Positions 36,965 through 49,429 of a stretch of 64,000 bases of DNA are shown here, one piece after another (within the stretch, counting starts at the first letter, position 1; each line of letters starts with the position of its first letter). A program made the translations under genes and the position numbers. Source of the stretch: Psammoneis japonica (taxonomy: Eukaryota); assembly GCA_008632985.1 (NCBI GenBank), contig QPGO01000184.1, positions 1 to 64,000 of the forward strand, written 5' to 3'. The notes beneath the pieces were generated by a model. It was given only the letters and a program-made list of their open reading frames with translations, did not search any database and was not told the origin of the DNA.

Positions 36965-38820
36965 AGGGACAAGGACAATCAGGGCATGGGATGAAAGGGA
37001 ACTTCAGCGCCAACCCACCGACCCACCGACCCACCTGCCCACCAACCTGCCGACCCACCGACCCGCCGACCCGCCAACCCACCAACCCACCGACTGACCG
37101 ACCCTCCAACCCGCCGACCCGCCAACCCACCGACCCGCCAACCCACCGACCCACAGACCCGCAGACCCACCTGCCCACCGACCAACCAACCAAACAACCA
37201 ACCAACCAAGAGACGTGACTTGATGTCCAGCAATGAAGAAATGAGATGGGGTGCAGCAATTGCCCCATGAAGAATGTTGGTGCACTCTTCAACACCAACA
37301 TTTTCCAGCTGAGTGCCAATCACATTGAAAATGTGGCCTGTGAATGGAGTCAACAACAGGACCAGCGGCCCTTGGATCACATTGTTGCACCATTGACTCC
37401 AATCAAGTGACAGCCACAGCAATGCATCCAAACCAAAAGAGTGCAACCCACTCAATCTTCTTCTTAAGAGGTTTGACATCCTTTTGAAAAGTTCCTTGGA
37501 CAAATGAGTGTGGGAAGAAGCAGTGGATCTAACAGATGGGTTCCAGTCCCAGGCGGGACTTTTTGTGACATTGGGCCCACAGAATTCTACGTGCGAGCTC
37601 CGCATTGCAAGAACTCAATTGATGGATGTTTTTGTCTTCAACATCAAACATTGTGACCATTGCCACTTCATGTTTTTGCAAACACGCATGCCCCACGCCA
37701 TTCTCAAGACATTTGCAAATGGCTCAGAAGAAAGAAATGTCAAAAGTTGTTGGACGGATCGCTCAACAAGTGCACCACAAAATAACACAAAATTTCACAA
37801 AAGTCACGCACCTTTCTACGTGCTCGACATGCGGTGCGATCCAAAAAACCATTGATGTCACAGTTCGGCCGTGCGAGGTCACACCCAGAGCTGGAACACG
37901 TCCACTGTGAAAATTCTGATGCAGCTCTACAATGCGTGAGAACCTTCTCCCATCAAAGGCTTTGGCAGTCTCCATTTGAAAGATTTTTTTCCAATTGCGA
38001 AAGATTGAAGTGTCAAAAATGAAGTTGCACAGAATTCCACAAGCCAAGTGTCACAAAATGTCCCACCTGGGACTGGAGCCCATCAGAGACAATTAGAATC
38101 AGGGCGTGGGATGAAAAGGAACTTCAGCACTGACCCACTGACCGGCCGACCCACCAACCGGCTGACCCGCCAACCCACCGGCCCGCCAACCCACCGGCCC
38201 GCCGACCCGCCGACCCACCAACCTGCCGACTGCCGACCCACCGACCCGCTGACCCGCCGACCTGCCGACCTGCCGACTCACCGACCGACCGACCCACCGA
38301 CCCGCCGACCCACCAACCCGCCGACCAACCAACCAACCAACCAACCCACTGACCAACAAGCCAAGGGACGTGATTTGATGTCCAGCAATGAAGAAATTGG
38401 ATGGGGCACAGCAATTGCCCCATGAAGAATGTTGGTGCACTCTTCGAGACCAACATTTTCCAGCTGAGTGCAAATCACATTGAAAATTGTGACGCTGTGA
38501 ATGGAGTCAACAAAAGGACCAGCGGCCCTTGGATCACATTGTTGCGCTGTTGACTCCAATCAAGTGACAGCCACAGCAATGCATCCAACCCAAAAAAATG
38601 CAACCCACTCAATCTTCTTCTTGGCAGGTTTGAAATCCTTTGGAAAAGTTCCTTGGACAAATGAGTGTGGGAAGAACCAGTGGATCTCACCGTGAAAATT
38701 CTCACACAGCTCTGCAATGCGTGAGAACCTTCTCCCATCACAGTCTTTGGCAGCATCCATTTGAAAGAATTTTTCCAATTGTGAAAGATTGAAGTTTTAA
38801 AAATGAAGTTGCTCAGCATG
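36965..38820. repeat. Tandem composite satellite units (GACCCRCC arrays plus conserved ~550-bp body)
   Basis: Two units (~36970-38030 and ~38085-38815) with a shared body. The first carries a MITE insertion. Confidence 0.8.
37535..37902. mobile_element. MITE A2 copy
   Basis: Ends GATGGGTTCCAG / CTGGAACACGTC. The empty site GGATCT-CACC-GTGAAAATT at ~38683-38700 implies a 4-bp duplication. Confidence 0.8.
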
Positions 38821-39169
38821 GGTTGCTCTGAGACTCATCATCAAAGGCAAAAGGCTCAAGTTTGACCTTGTCCAACTCTCAGAAGCCCAGCAAAAGGTCC
38901 ACACACATGGTGAACCCTTTGCCCAACATTCGTCATTTTGTCACCTTTGCAAAAAAAAATTGAAAAGACATTCACACAACCAGAACAGCCACTTTGAAGG
39001 TTGACAACCAAAAGTCCTTCACCGCTTGACTTGAAACAAACCATCAATGCATCCACTGCAAAGAAAATGGAGGCAACTCAGGTGATCACAATGCTGAAAA
39101 AAAAAACAAAGAACATTGCAACATCTTGTCTCAACGCACGTCACTGATGTCAAGACATGCAGTCTCAAT

Positions 39170-39555
39170 GATCTCCTGCACACTTCAAGCCAAATCCACC
39201 TCAATGAAGGTCAAGTGCGGAACAAAAGTCTCCAAAAACATGGAGTGCATCATGTCAAAAACTGCACCACCATCATGCCTGAAATTTGGCGTTCACGTCA
39301 CAATGGAAAAAGGCTTCTGTCCATGGTGGATGCACTTGGGAAATTCCGGAATGCACTGTTTTGCCAACACATTGACGCGTGATCTCCTGCACACTTCAAG
39401 CCAAATCCACCTCAACGAAGGTCAAGTGCGGAACAAAAGTCTCCAAGAAAATGGGCAAAACCAAGCTGAGGAGTGCATCATGTCAAAAACTGAACCACCA
39501 TCATGCCTGAAATTTGGTGTTCACGTCACAACGGAAAAAGAGCTTCTGTCCATGG
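39170..39555 (+). repeat. ~200-bp tandem duplication within an unclassified TA-depleted repeat (~38830-40970)
   Basis: GATCTCCTGCACACTTCAAGCCAAATCCACC at 39170 and 39381. Confidence 0.8.
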
Positions 39556-40970
39556 CGGAAACACTTGACTTGTTCCAGACTTGGGTGGCGCGCACATGCC
39601 CCTTTTCGCAGAAAAAACAACTTTTCATGCTTTGTGCAACATCCTACATGTTTCATTGTGTTGATCATGTTAATTGCTCGTGAGCAAAATGAACAGAATA
39701 AACTCGAACAAACAAACAGCCAAACCGGCCATGGCTTTCAGTGACCATGACAGCCCACTTTTTTCAGCCTTGTGGAAAATTTAATGTCATGACGAGGACC
39801 TCCGTGTGTTTGACATAGTCTGAGGCATCAACAACAATGGTGAAAATGCTTGTTGCAGGCTGCAGCACGGCACAATGACACTGAATCTGTCAGCAACAAC
39901 AATTGAGCCTCAACTCACTCACAATTTGCCTCTGAGGAGCATTTCTTTGCCATTGCCATGTGCATTTCCTCAATGTGTTCGACTGATTGAAGTGCATCAA
40001 TCGTTCATGCCTTTCAAACAGTGAAAAATGGTCCGAAGTTGACGCCATTGCATGGGCTGAGCTGCCCTTCTTCTCACGTCGTCCGAAACTCATCGATCAA
40101 TGTGTGTTTCATTCGATCCGTTGAACGACAGTTGCGCTCGCGCATTTTAACCAAAGATTGATTGTGTCATGTTGGGGGTTTGATTCATGTGCAAGAATGA
40201 CATTTCATGTGTTTCTCCACACATTGAGACATCCACGAATCGCTCCTCGGAAAACAGAGCTCTCAACTTGCGGTGCAATTTAGCGACTGATGACTGAGTC
40301 TGTCCACAGTTTCGAGTGCATGGGTGCATGCACAAGACCTTTCTGCATGCACCCACAACAACACATTTGAAAATTGTCATGTTTTTACCATCGAAAATGG
40401 TGCCGCAAGTGTGGACCGCGCGTTTCATGCGAAAAGGGTCATTTTTTCGCGCGTGAGCGCACCCAAGTCTGGAACAAGTCACTTGGGAAATTCCGGAATG
40501 CACTGTTTGGCCAACACATTGACACGTGCATGGTTCACAAGACACAACAAACAGAGTCATGGGTGGGCAAATTGATGCAGCACACAATGAGGGCATGGCA
40601 AACATTGTCGCAGAAGCATTCAGCCAACTTGCTGTGAAGAAAATTGAGCCTTTTGAAATCCTGCAACAATGTCCTGCCTTTAAAACAAGACAATGACATT
40701 CCCTCCAAATTGCCAGATGCAACACATCTTGCCAACACTTTTCGTGGAGGCGAGCAAGATCAAAAAGTGCTCATGTCACAAGGACAAAATTGTCTTGTCT
40801 GAAGATGCTTTGAAAAAATTGGCGACAGATTGGCGCACAATGCGTGCCCACTTCACACTGGAAAGAAGGACAGTCTCGCAACACCCGCGCAGCTGCAGTG
40901 TAAAATGTGCAAGACAAGACACAAACAAACAACGTCACTCTCAAAAGACATTTGGAAATTGGAGCGGCCC

Positions 40971-41866
40971 TGACCCGCCGACCCGCCGACCCGCCAACCC
41001 ACCAACCCGCAGACCCGCAGACCCGCCGACCCGCCAACCCGCCGACCCACCGACCCCCCAACCCCCTGACCCACCGACCCACCGTCCCACTGACCAACCA
41101 ACCAAGGGACGTGATTTGATGTCCAGCAATGAAGAAATTGGACGAGGCACAGCAGTTGCCCCATGAAGAATGTTGGTGCACTCTTCGACACCAACATTTT
41201 CCAGCTGAGTGCAAATCACATTGAAAACTGTGACGCTGTGACCCGCCGACCCATCGACACAAGGAGAATCAGGGTGTGGGATGAAAAGGAACTTCAGCGC
41301 TGACCCACCAACCCGCCAACCCAAGGGACCTGATTTGATGTCCAGCAATGAAGAAATTGGATGAGGCACAGCGGTTGCCCCATGAAGAGTGTTGGTGCAC
41401 TCTTCGACACCAACATTTTCCAGCTGAGTGCAAATCACATTGAAAATTGTGACGCTGTGAATGGAGTCAACAACAGGACCAGTGGCCCTTGGATCACATT
41501 GTTGCAGTGTTGACTCCAATCAAGTGACAGCCACAGCAATGCATCCAAACCCAAAAAATGCAACCCACTGACCAACCAACCAAGGGATGTGATTTGATGT
41601 CCAGCAATGAAGAAATTGGATGGGGCGCCCCGCTGACCTGCCGACCCGACGACCCGCCGACCCACCAACCCGTCGACCCACCAACCCACTGACCAGCCAA
41701 CCAAGGGACGTGATTTGATGTCCAGCAATGAAGAAATTGGACAAGGCACAGCAATTGCCCCATGAAGAATGTTGGTGAAACCTTCGACACCAACATTTTC
41801 CAGCTGAGTGCAAATCACATTGAAAATTGTGATGCTGTGAATGGAGTCAACAACAGGACCAGTGGC
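40971..41866. repeat. Four partial tandem composite-satellite units
   Basis: Repeated GATTTGATGTCCAGCAATGAAGAAATTGG blocks interleaved with 8-mer arrays. Confidence 0.85.
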
Positions 41867-42960
41867 TTGTTCAGGAGAGAGTGCTCCCCATTTGTCTGCT
41901 TGGTCAAGGTTGGCGCACTTGTTGAGAGCCAATTGCATGACTCATTCCAGAGTAAAATCCTCACCATCGTTGTGTTTCTGTTCAATGTCAGCCATGTGCT
42001 TGACAAATGCTTGGTCGCCAGCTGCTGCACAACCTTTGAACAGGATGACGACAAGGTCATCGCAGCCTTCTCCCCCAGCTCTGAGGCAGTCATGGTTGAG
42101 TTTGACGCACTTGTTGAACTCTTTGATGTTCGAGTCACAGGTCGACATGTGTGGTGAGTCAAGGCTGGACAAGTTCTTGTGGAAGCAGTTTGCAGTCAAG
42201 CAAGCATCCACGATGGCCTTCTGTGTGAGCAGCAAGCAGCTTGAAGAACAGTGTGCCAACTTGCACGCCATTGATCTTGCATTGCTCACTCTTGGTGATG
42301 ATCTTGTCTCCAGCTTCCGCAGCAGCCAGCATCTGAGAGATTGCCCCAGCCATCTGAACTTGGTTCTGTGCTTGCCTTGACTGAGCAGCCATGTGCACAG
42401 CAGCATGGTCATGCACGTTCTGTGCAGCAAGTCTGCCACATTCGTTGATTGAGTCTCGATCGATTTCGTTGCTGTCAGGGATTGATGTGATGTTGCCTGT
42501 TCCTGACTTCCATCCTGACTCTGCTGCTTGTTCGTTGAGAACTTTGCAGAACTTGTTGAGACCTTCAGAGTCTCCGTTGAACTCATGCAGCAGTGGAGCC
42601 ATGGCAGCGTTCCACAGCTTGAGACCTTGCAAGGTGCCGCAGTCAATCCAGTTGTTTGGACAGTGCTGGCCAGGGGTCAATGCAAACACAGGTCTGACTG
42701 CAGGTGCTGCAGGAGGAACCGGAGGCACAGGTGGAGCACCTCCACCACTGCCGCCTGGTGGAGCACCTCCTCCACCACCACCTCTGCCACCACCCACAGG
42801 AGGAGTTGGTGGAGTCGGTGGTGCCGGCACAGGTGCGGCTGCCGGAGCAGCTGCTGGAGCAGCAGCAGGAGCTCCAGCGGGAGCTGGAGCAGGAGCTCCA
42901 GCCACAGTGGACAAAGCATGGGTGGTTGCCGTTGTCAAATGGATTTGATTTTGATCAACA
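41860..42960 (-). mobile_element. Copia (CoDi-like) gag 5' fragment, hypermutated
   Basis: Pro/Gly/Ala-rich N-terminus, FALTPGQ...ID(C<Y)GT.QGLKLW, LINE(C<Y)G, SRQAQN, SNIKEFNK(C<Y)VK, LFKG(C<Y) and ALNK(C<Y)xxL...W. Resembles diatom Copia gag. Confidence 0.7.
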
Positions 42961-43199
42961 GCTGGCTTCAAATCAAAGTTGCGAAGCAGGTTGCAGAGGA
43001 AGCATGTGGAATTCTGCCTGGGATGCAGGTCCCATCTGTAGAATGTGCTGCTGACAATCAGCACAAGGTGCCAAAAGCCAGTGAAATGGCAATGAGTTGT
43101 CTCACTGACTCGTGCTTGGTTGAAATTACAAGCTGAATCTAACCCAAAAGTGATTCCCTGGTTTTGCAATCCAAGACATCTCGGACAATGCCACATCAG

Positions 43200-46050
43200 T
43201 CCCAGAAAGCAGACACTCTTCGAATGTCACTCAAGCAGAACAGCTCGTCACTTGAATCGTCCTTTCCAATGTCCAACTTGGCTGCACAGAAATTCTAAGA
43301 AGATCGGACATCTTGAAATGTCCACTGTCTCTCTAAAATGTCACATCATTGAGTCGTTGGTCATCAGTTTTTCTTTTGTCATGTGGCCACAAATGCAAGC
43401 CACAAGGCGCACAGTGAAGGCCAAGGCAAAAGCAGAACCATGCACAGCTGACAACAACAATGTGGTGGATTGAATGGTCACCCTCATTCTTCTAATTTGC
43501 ACATCTCATGTGCAGAATGAAGGGGATCATTCAGATCACTCTTTTGCAGTGCATTCAGCAAGGGAAGCCATGAGGCACATCCAGTGTGAAGGATGAGGCA
43601 AAACAGGAGCCGCACATGGTTGATGAAAATGTGGCAGATTGATTGACAATGTTTGTTCTTCCCTTTGACCCATCTCATGCACAGAGTGCATTGCATCATT
43701 TTTTCCTTCTTGTGTCATGTGGTCACAAATGCAAACCACAACGGCTCCAGAGCAAAGGCCAAGGCAAAAATGGAGACGCACATGAGCAATGTCAACATGT
43801 GTGACACAATGGCAAAGTTTGTTCTTCCCTTGCTCTGCCATGAGGGGCCGCTTTGTGTCGATTTGTCGATGCATCCGTCATGGTCAGCAGCGGCAGAGCA
43901 TGGCTTGCTTTCTGGTTGAATGTGTCAAAAGCACACATGCCCACATGAGATGAGATGGGAATTGCCGCACTGCGCTCATTTTTTGTTCCTTCCCCTGACC
44001 CCTTTCAGTCGTTCCTTCCCGCTAAATTGCCCTCATTTCCCGGGTGTTCCCCAAAAGGGTGAGGCAATTCCCCCTCACCCTTGCCATTTTGGGGAATCCC
44101 CACATGGGCAAAACCAAACTGAGGCACCAGAGCTCCAGCCACATGGTGCTGTCAGCCATTGGGCACGGTCTTTTCTTGCAAAGTTCATCAACGCCCCAAC
44201 AAGCTTTGTGGGGATGATGAAGACCACCGCTTTTTGCTCTGTTCATCAGAGACCCATGGAAAAGGCTGCGAGTGACAGGTCATCGAACCCCACCATCTCA
44301 TGATGTGTGCACACATGCATGCAAACATTGGCCGACAGCCCTCCAGATTGAAGCAGACATTCACTCACTGAGATCCAAACGTGCATTTTGCCCAATCATT
44401 TTTTTGGCCTTTGGCAGACTTGCAGGCAATTTGCCAACAATCAAAGACAGCATTTGAGGGACTGTGCCACCTTGGAAAATGTGCGCTGGGTGGGGGATGC
44501 AAAACCAAAAACCAAACACACCCTGACAATTGCCTCCCATCTGCAAAGGAAAGAATGTGTTGTCCACAGTGTGTTGCCCAAAGATCTTGTGAAGAATGGT
44601 GGCACAAATGCTCATTTGCCTAACAGCAGCACTGTGTGCCATCAAACAAATTGCTTTGACTTTCAACTTGGACATCTCAGGGTGTGTTTTAAACTCTGTT
44701 TGCAAATGCCAGGCACTGTTGGCAGAACTGGGTGGTGACCCAGGGACTGCAATGATGGTGAGATGCTCCATCACTTCCTGAGAGAAAGGCTTGCAGCAAT
44801 GTTGTGGTGCATTGCTGCATGTCCAGGACAAAGAGTGGCAAGCATGGATGACATGACACTTGTTTTGCATCCTGACACACAGCCGGTGACTTGGGCCACG
44901 TTGACTGCATCCCCATTGAAGTGACAATGTGAAGAATTGTGCACCTGGGACAGAACCAATCTCCTGGTCACATTTGGCAAATTTGGCAAATGCTTTCAGA
45001 AAAGGAGAGTTGGCAGGGCAAATGAGTTCCAAGGTGATTTTGAAAGCCAGTTGGGAGGAAACATTTGCCGCACATGGGGGGCAATCATTTCCCACAGCAA
45101 AGGAAGGCAACATTGCTCATGTTGCAAACAGAGTGATGTGGAAATGCACAGGAGAGGCAAAAACATTGACACCAGACACATGGCAGGCAACAAGAATGTT
45201 TTGAAAAAGTCAACTTGTGCATCGACGTGCATGATCATGGCATGAATCAGTGGGCAAGATTGGTTGCCTTCACGCCGGTCTGCCCGCCGGCTTGCATCCA
45301 GCAATCAACAATTTAAGACAAATCTGGCTGATCTCAATGACAGCAATTTTGTCATGCTGGCATGCATCTTGGATTGTTGCGTGACCAGATGCACCTCAAG
45401 TCCTGCTGGACAATGAAGCACATGAAGACACTCCTTTGTGAGTTGCCGCCTCAGCATGCTTGGCTTGAGGAGGCCTTTTTTCCCTTGGCATGTCTGACAT
45501 CAGCTGCAGCTGGGCATCGTTTGGCTCCAATTGCAGCTGGAGGTTTGACTCCATTGCTTGAAAGCACAGCGGCCAACAGAGTTGGTGTGGGCAGCCCCAG
45601 GATTCTGTTTGCGGTGCTGACGACTTCATCGTGTTTTTCGGTCTGCGCTCATTTGCACCACCACCTCTGCTGCTGGTTGGTGCAAAAGCCATGGCTTCAG
45701 ACAAAGGAAATTCAAGCAGACCACCAGGTGTGACTGATGGCCATGCATTCCCCCCCCCCAGAGCCAGGCACAGAGCCACAAAGAAGCAGCGCAAGCGGAC
45801 AGGATGAGGAACAACACAGCAGAGTGGTTGAACCTGAGCCAGACAACAAAAGATGGCAGCTGTCACACCCACCAAGAGCGCACTTAATGAAGTCAAATTT
45901 GAAGCAGTTCTACGGTGGGAAAAACTCAAGCAGTGTCATCTGTCACCTCACTGCAGGTAGAGTTGCACTAAACACAGCGACACCGTTGCGAGGGCGACAT
46001 GCCAAAAAATCATTGCGCGATTCGCATGCGCGAATTATGTCGGTGACGAA
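43200..46050. repeat. Unclassified TA-depleted (and largely CpG-poor) repeat-derived sequence
   Basis: Same compositional signature. Internal imperfect duplication at ~43365-43470 / 43700-43800. No recognisable protein. Confidence 0.5.
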
Positions 46051-46318
46051 CCATTCAGCTCTGATGATGTTGCAGTTCAAGTTGCGGTTCAAATAATAAT
46101 TCAGAAGAAATAACAGTAATGTGCAATGACAACTGGGAAACTAGACCTTAATCGTCACCGCAAACAAACAAGTACAGTGTAGTATTTTGATCCTACATTT
46201 CAGCATGCAGCGCGCTCCTTCAACAATAGCGCGCATTATTCCGGATCTGGCCACAAATACCTCAACAAACAATCAACAAGACGCCCCCCAGTCTCGCAAA
46301 GTTCCTTCCGCCAGACGT

Positions 46319-47910
46319 CTATTTCTTTGTAGACTTCTTCTTAGTGGACGCCTTTTTCTTCGGAGCGGCCTTCTTCTTGGTGGCTGCAAAAAATATAGCG
46401 CAAGTACGTGAGAGATATACGTAATGAACGACGGAGATCAAAATATACAAGGCACATGAGAAGCCTTACCAGCCTTCTTCTTCGGAGCAGACTTCTTCTT
46501 CGGAGCGGTCTTCTTCTTGGGTGCCTTAAACGACCGTTGACGAGAAATGCATAGCAATGAGGATGGTTAGAGATGATCCGACGAATGATTCTGACACGTC
46601 ACACACGCAAAAGAGACATGTTGTAGGTCCTGTACCACAAGCATCACAAACAATTTTCAGCAAGCTTACCGTTTTCTTCTTGGGAGCTGTCTTTTTCTTC
46701 GGGGCAGCCTTCTTGGCGGTAGTCTTTTTGGGAGCAGCCTTCTTTGCCTTCTTCTTTTTGGCTTCAGCCGAGAGCTTGTACGACGCCTTGTTCTGTACCA
46801 ACACACCCGTTTCGACTCCACGCTTCAGAGCGGCCTTCATAACGTGCTTCTTGACAGTGACCTGTTGACAAAGGTAGAATAGTGCGCATATGGTGAGTTC
46901 AATAGCGGTGGTATGGCAGGAACATTTGAACAAGAAAAAATCAAATCGGCTCTGGAGTTGCGAACTGGTACTTAGCCACGATCGAACCGTCACGATGACT
47001 GAAACAGTAGCAAACGACACCACAACGCTAACCACCAACAACAAAACCATCAAGATGCTAGAGTCTTATCAATATGTTCGAACGAATCGTGTCATTACAG
47101 TGGCCAGAAAATAAGGAGGTCGAAAAATACCATTGTCACAAATTACCGGTACTCAGAGTCACGAAAAACCTACGTTCGGGGGTTGTTCAGCATCAAATAC
47201 GACCCCCAACATGACAAAAGACCAAGATACCAGACATGTAATGCAATGACAAGGTCCTCGACTATTATTGAGATAAGCACAGCAAGTGGTACGGGTTCAA
47301 AGTGGCTGAGAGTGGAGAATGACGCCCTCACATTTTGCTGGTATGGTTTAACCCAAAATCCTACGTTGGAAAGTTCGCCATGGCAAAACCGGCAGCTGCG
47401 GCCGCAGAAATGGAAACCACAGCCAATAGGCCCATGAGAGCCTACCTCAGGTGTTGTGTTAATAGTGTGCATAACTGGATGGAGGTGAATCAGCCTGACT
47501 TTAGAGAAATATGCCATGGCGTACTGGTGGTACAAATCGTACCTTGAAAGGCTACGCAAAAGACTCCGACCGCTGAAAATGCTACTTACAGAACCACAAA
47601 CGGATGTATACACACGATACGATGTACCAGAGAAAGTGTGATGAATTTGGAGTCTGTGGATGTGTGTGGTTGCGCTGAGGGAGCTTTGTGGGAGGTGCAA
47701 TCGGCCGCGCCGTCATTTACGTCACCGGCTTCAACAGCGAATTCGGACGCCACTCGCGAAATCATCAATCTCATCATACGCCACGAACAACACGAACTCG
47801 TCACTCACCTTCTTCTCACTTTCAATCCACTTGTTGATCGCAATGACTGAGGATCCGGTACGATCCTTGAGTGCCAGAATGGCTTCCTTGATGAGTTCAA
47901 TCGTTGCCAT
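46319..47910 (-). CDS. H1: Histone H1 (4 exons: 47910-47809, 46861-46670, 46524-46470, 46383-46319; 137 aa)
   Basis: MATIELIKEAILALKDRTGSSVIAINKWIE...KAALKRGVETGVLVQNKASYKLS plus a Lys/Ala/Pro tail. GT-AG junctions keep the frame to TAG. Confidence 0.93.
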
Positions 47911-48540
47911 GGTTGAGGCTTCGGTATGTTTTGTTGTCAGCGAACTGAAAATTATGGAAGGAGAGAAAAAAACGCTGAAAACACATCGTCGTACTCGTCA
48001 TGTAGAAATGTACGAGATAGGTAGGGCGGCGTGGGCTCTACGAAGGTTGCTGGCCGTAGCTTCAGTACAAAACGAGCGTAGCCACCATCGTCGACATAAC
48101 GAATTCAAAATACTTAAAGGACAACAGATGAATCGCCATATTCATCGTTGGATGTAATGAATGTTAATAACATTTGATTACTTTATTAGAACACATATAC
48201 CTATATCCTTTTTGAACGTTTGATACATAGGGCATCAACGCATCGTAAAGCTCGTATTATTTGTACATACAGAAGTTGTGGTACGGACATACGATGACTT
48301 ATGACAGACAGACAGATTTGTGAAGGTTCAGTCGAGCTAGTCGACCCCCAAGCAAAAAGCACGCGCAAACCACATCAACTGACGGCACGCAGTGCGAAAC
48401 ACAAAAACAGCGAAGACAACAACAACGAGCTTCCCACGGTCGCCCTGGTTGCATCTTATAGATCTTCTACGCTATTTGTTGGCTGTCAGTTACTGTATTT
48501 TACCGGCACTCTTGGATTCTCCTCAAATATTCAAATCAAA

Positions 48541-49012
48541 ATGAGAGAAGATATGTTGGCTAAACGTCTCTTTTACGGCGGCTGTCTCGGGCTGCCGTGG
48601 CTATGGATCGTGCATCTCTTGTATTGGTGGGGAAAGGAGCGGCAGCAAGGTCAAGAGGGGGAAGCAAGTAGTACGAATGAAGGGGCGCTCTTGCAACATG
48701 CCGATACAGATGAAGGTGAGTGCTAGCTTCGGAGAAAATGAATGTAAGCGCTTTTCTGAGAAACATATATCGAAAAACTCACTTTGAATTTTACATCTCG
48801 CAGACGACGCCGACGAGGCTACGCCAGCGGCCTTGTCTGCGGAAGAAATCAAAATGGAAGCCAAGAAATGGGTCAGACGATCACTGTATGGTTCTATAAT
48901 TGTCTGCAGTATATTCTTGACATGGATTATAGTGTTTCAGGTGTTCAAGGACGACTTTGGTCCTGAATGGTTTGTCATGAGCGAGGACGAGGCTGAAAAG
49001 ACGGGGTGGTGA
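48541..49012 (+). CDS. PSENEN: Presenilin enhancer-2 (gamma-secretase subunit); exons 48541-48715 and 48804-49012; 127 aa
   Basis: LAKRLFYGGCLGLPWLWIV...KKWVRRSLYG...WIIVFQ pattern with an in-frame 88-nt GT-AG intron. Confidence 0.85.
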
Positions 49013-49049
49013 ATTTAGATGGATGCCAATTGATAGTTGCATCATGATT

Positions 49050-49325
49050 TATTGGCTAATGTTATTGTAAATCGACGTACTGCATTGAATGCATTCAATG
49101 TCTTCTAAACTACGTTCCTTCACAATTTCGAGACCAAAGGTCAGCTTTCTTCGTTGTAGTCCTTGTGCTGCGCCTTTTCGATAGCTGCACTTTGAGCTTT
49201 CAGAACCAAATCAGGCTTTGCCTTGATCAACTCGGAAAGTGTAGTGCTACTAGAGGATTGAAAGCGGTTTTAGCAGCCGTTTTCTTCCGAGGCTGAAACT
49301 TGCAACGAGTTGTTGTGCTGGTGAT
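49050..49325 (-). repeat. Diverged tandem duplicate of the 3' end/UTR of the ankyrin gene (copy of ~49330-49607)
   Basis: Shared GGTCAGCTTTCTTC...CAGAACCAAATCAGGCTTTG...GCGGTTTTAGCAGCCGTTTTCTTCC. Confidence 0.9.
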
Positions 49326-49429
49326 GCTATTGCCTACTATTATTGTAAAACGACGTACGTCGTAGAATATATTCAGTATTCTTCTAAACTAAGTTCCTTC
49401 ATAATTTTGCAAAGGAAGTGAGAACAAGG

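Noticed and set aside
36965..41866. CRISPR-like array (conserved blocks with variable spacers)
   Set aside because: Eukaryotic context, the spacers are themselves satellite repeats, lengths are irregular and there are no cas genes.
1..46050. Hundreds of overlapping six-frame ORFs as novel genes
   Set aside because: They arise from loss of TAA/TAG stops, low-complexity arrays and N gaps. They are Tyr-free and overlap on both strands.
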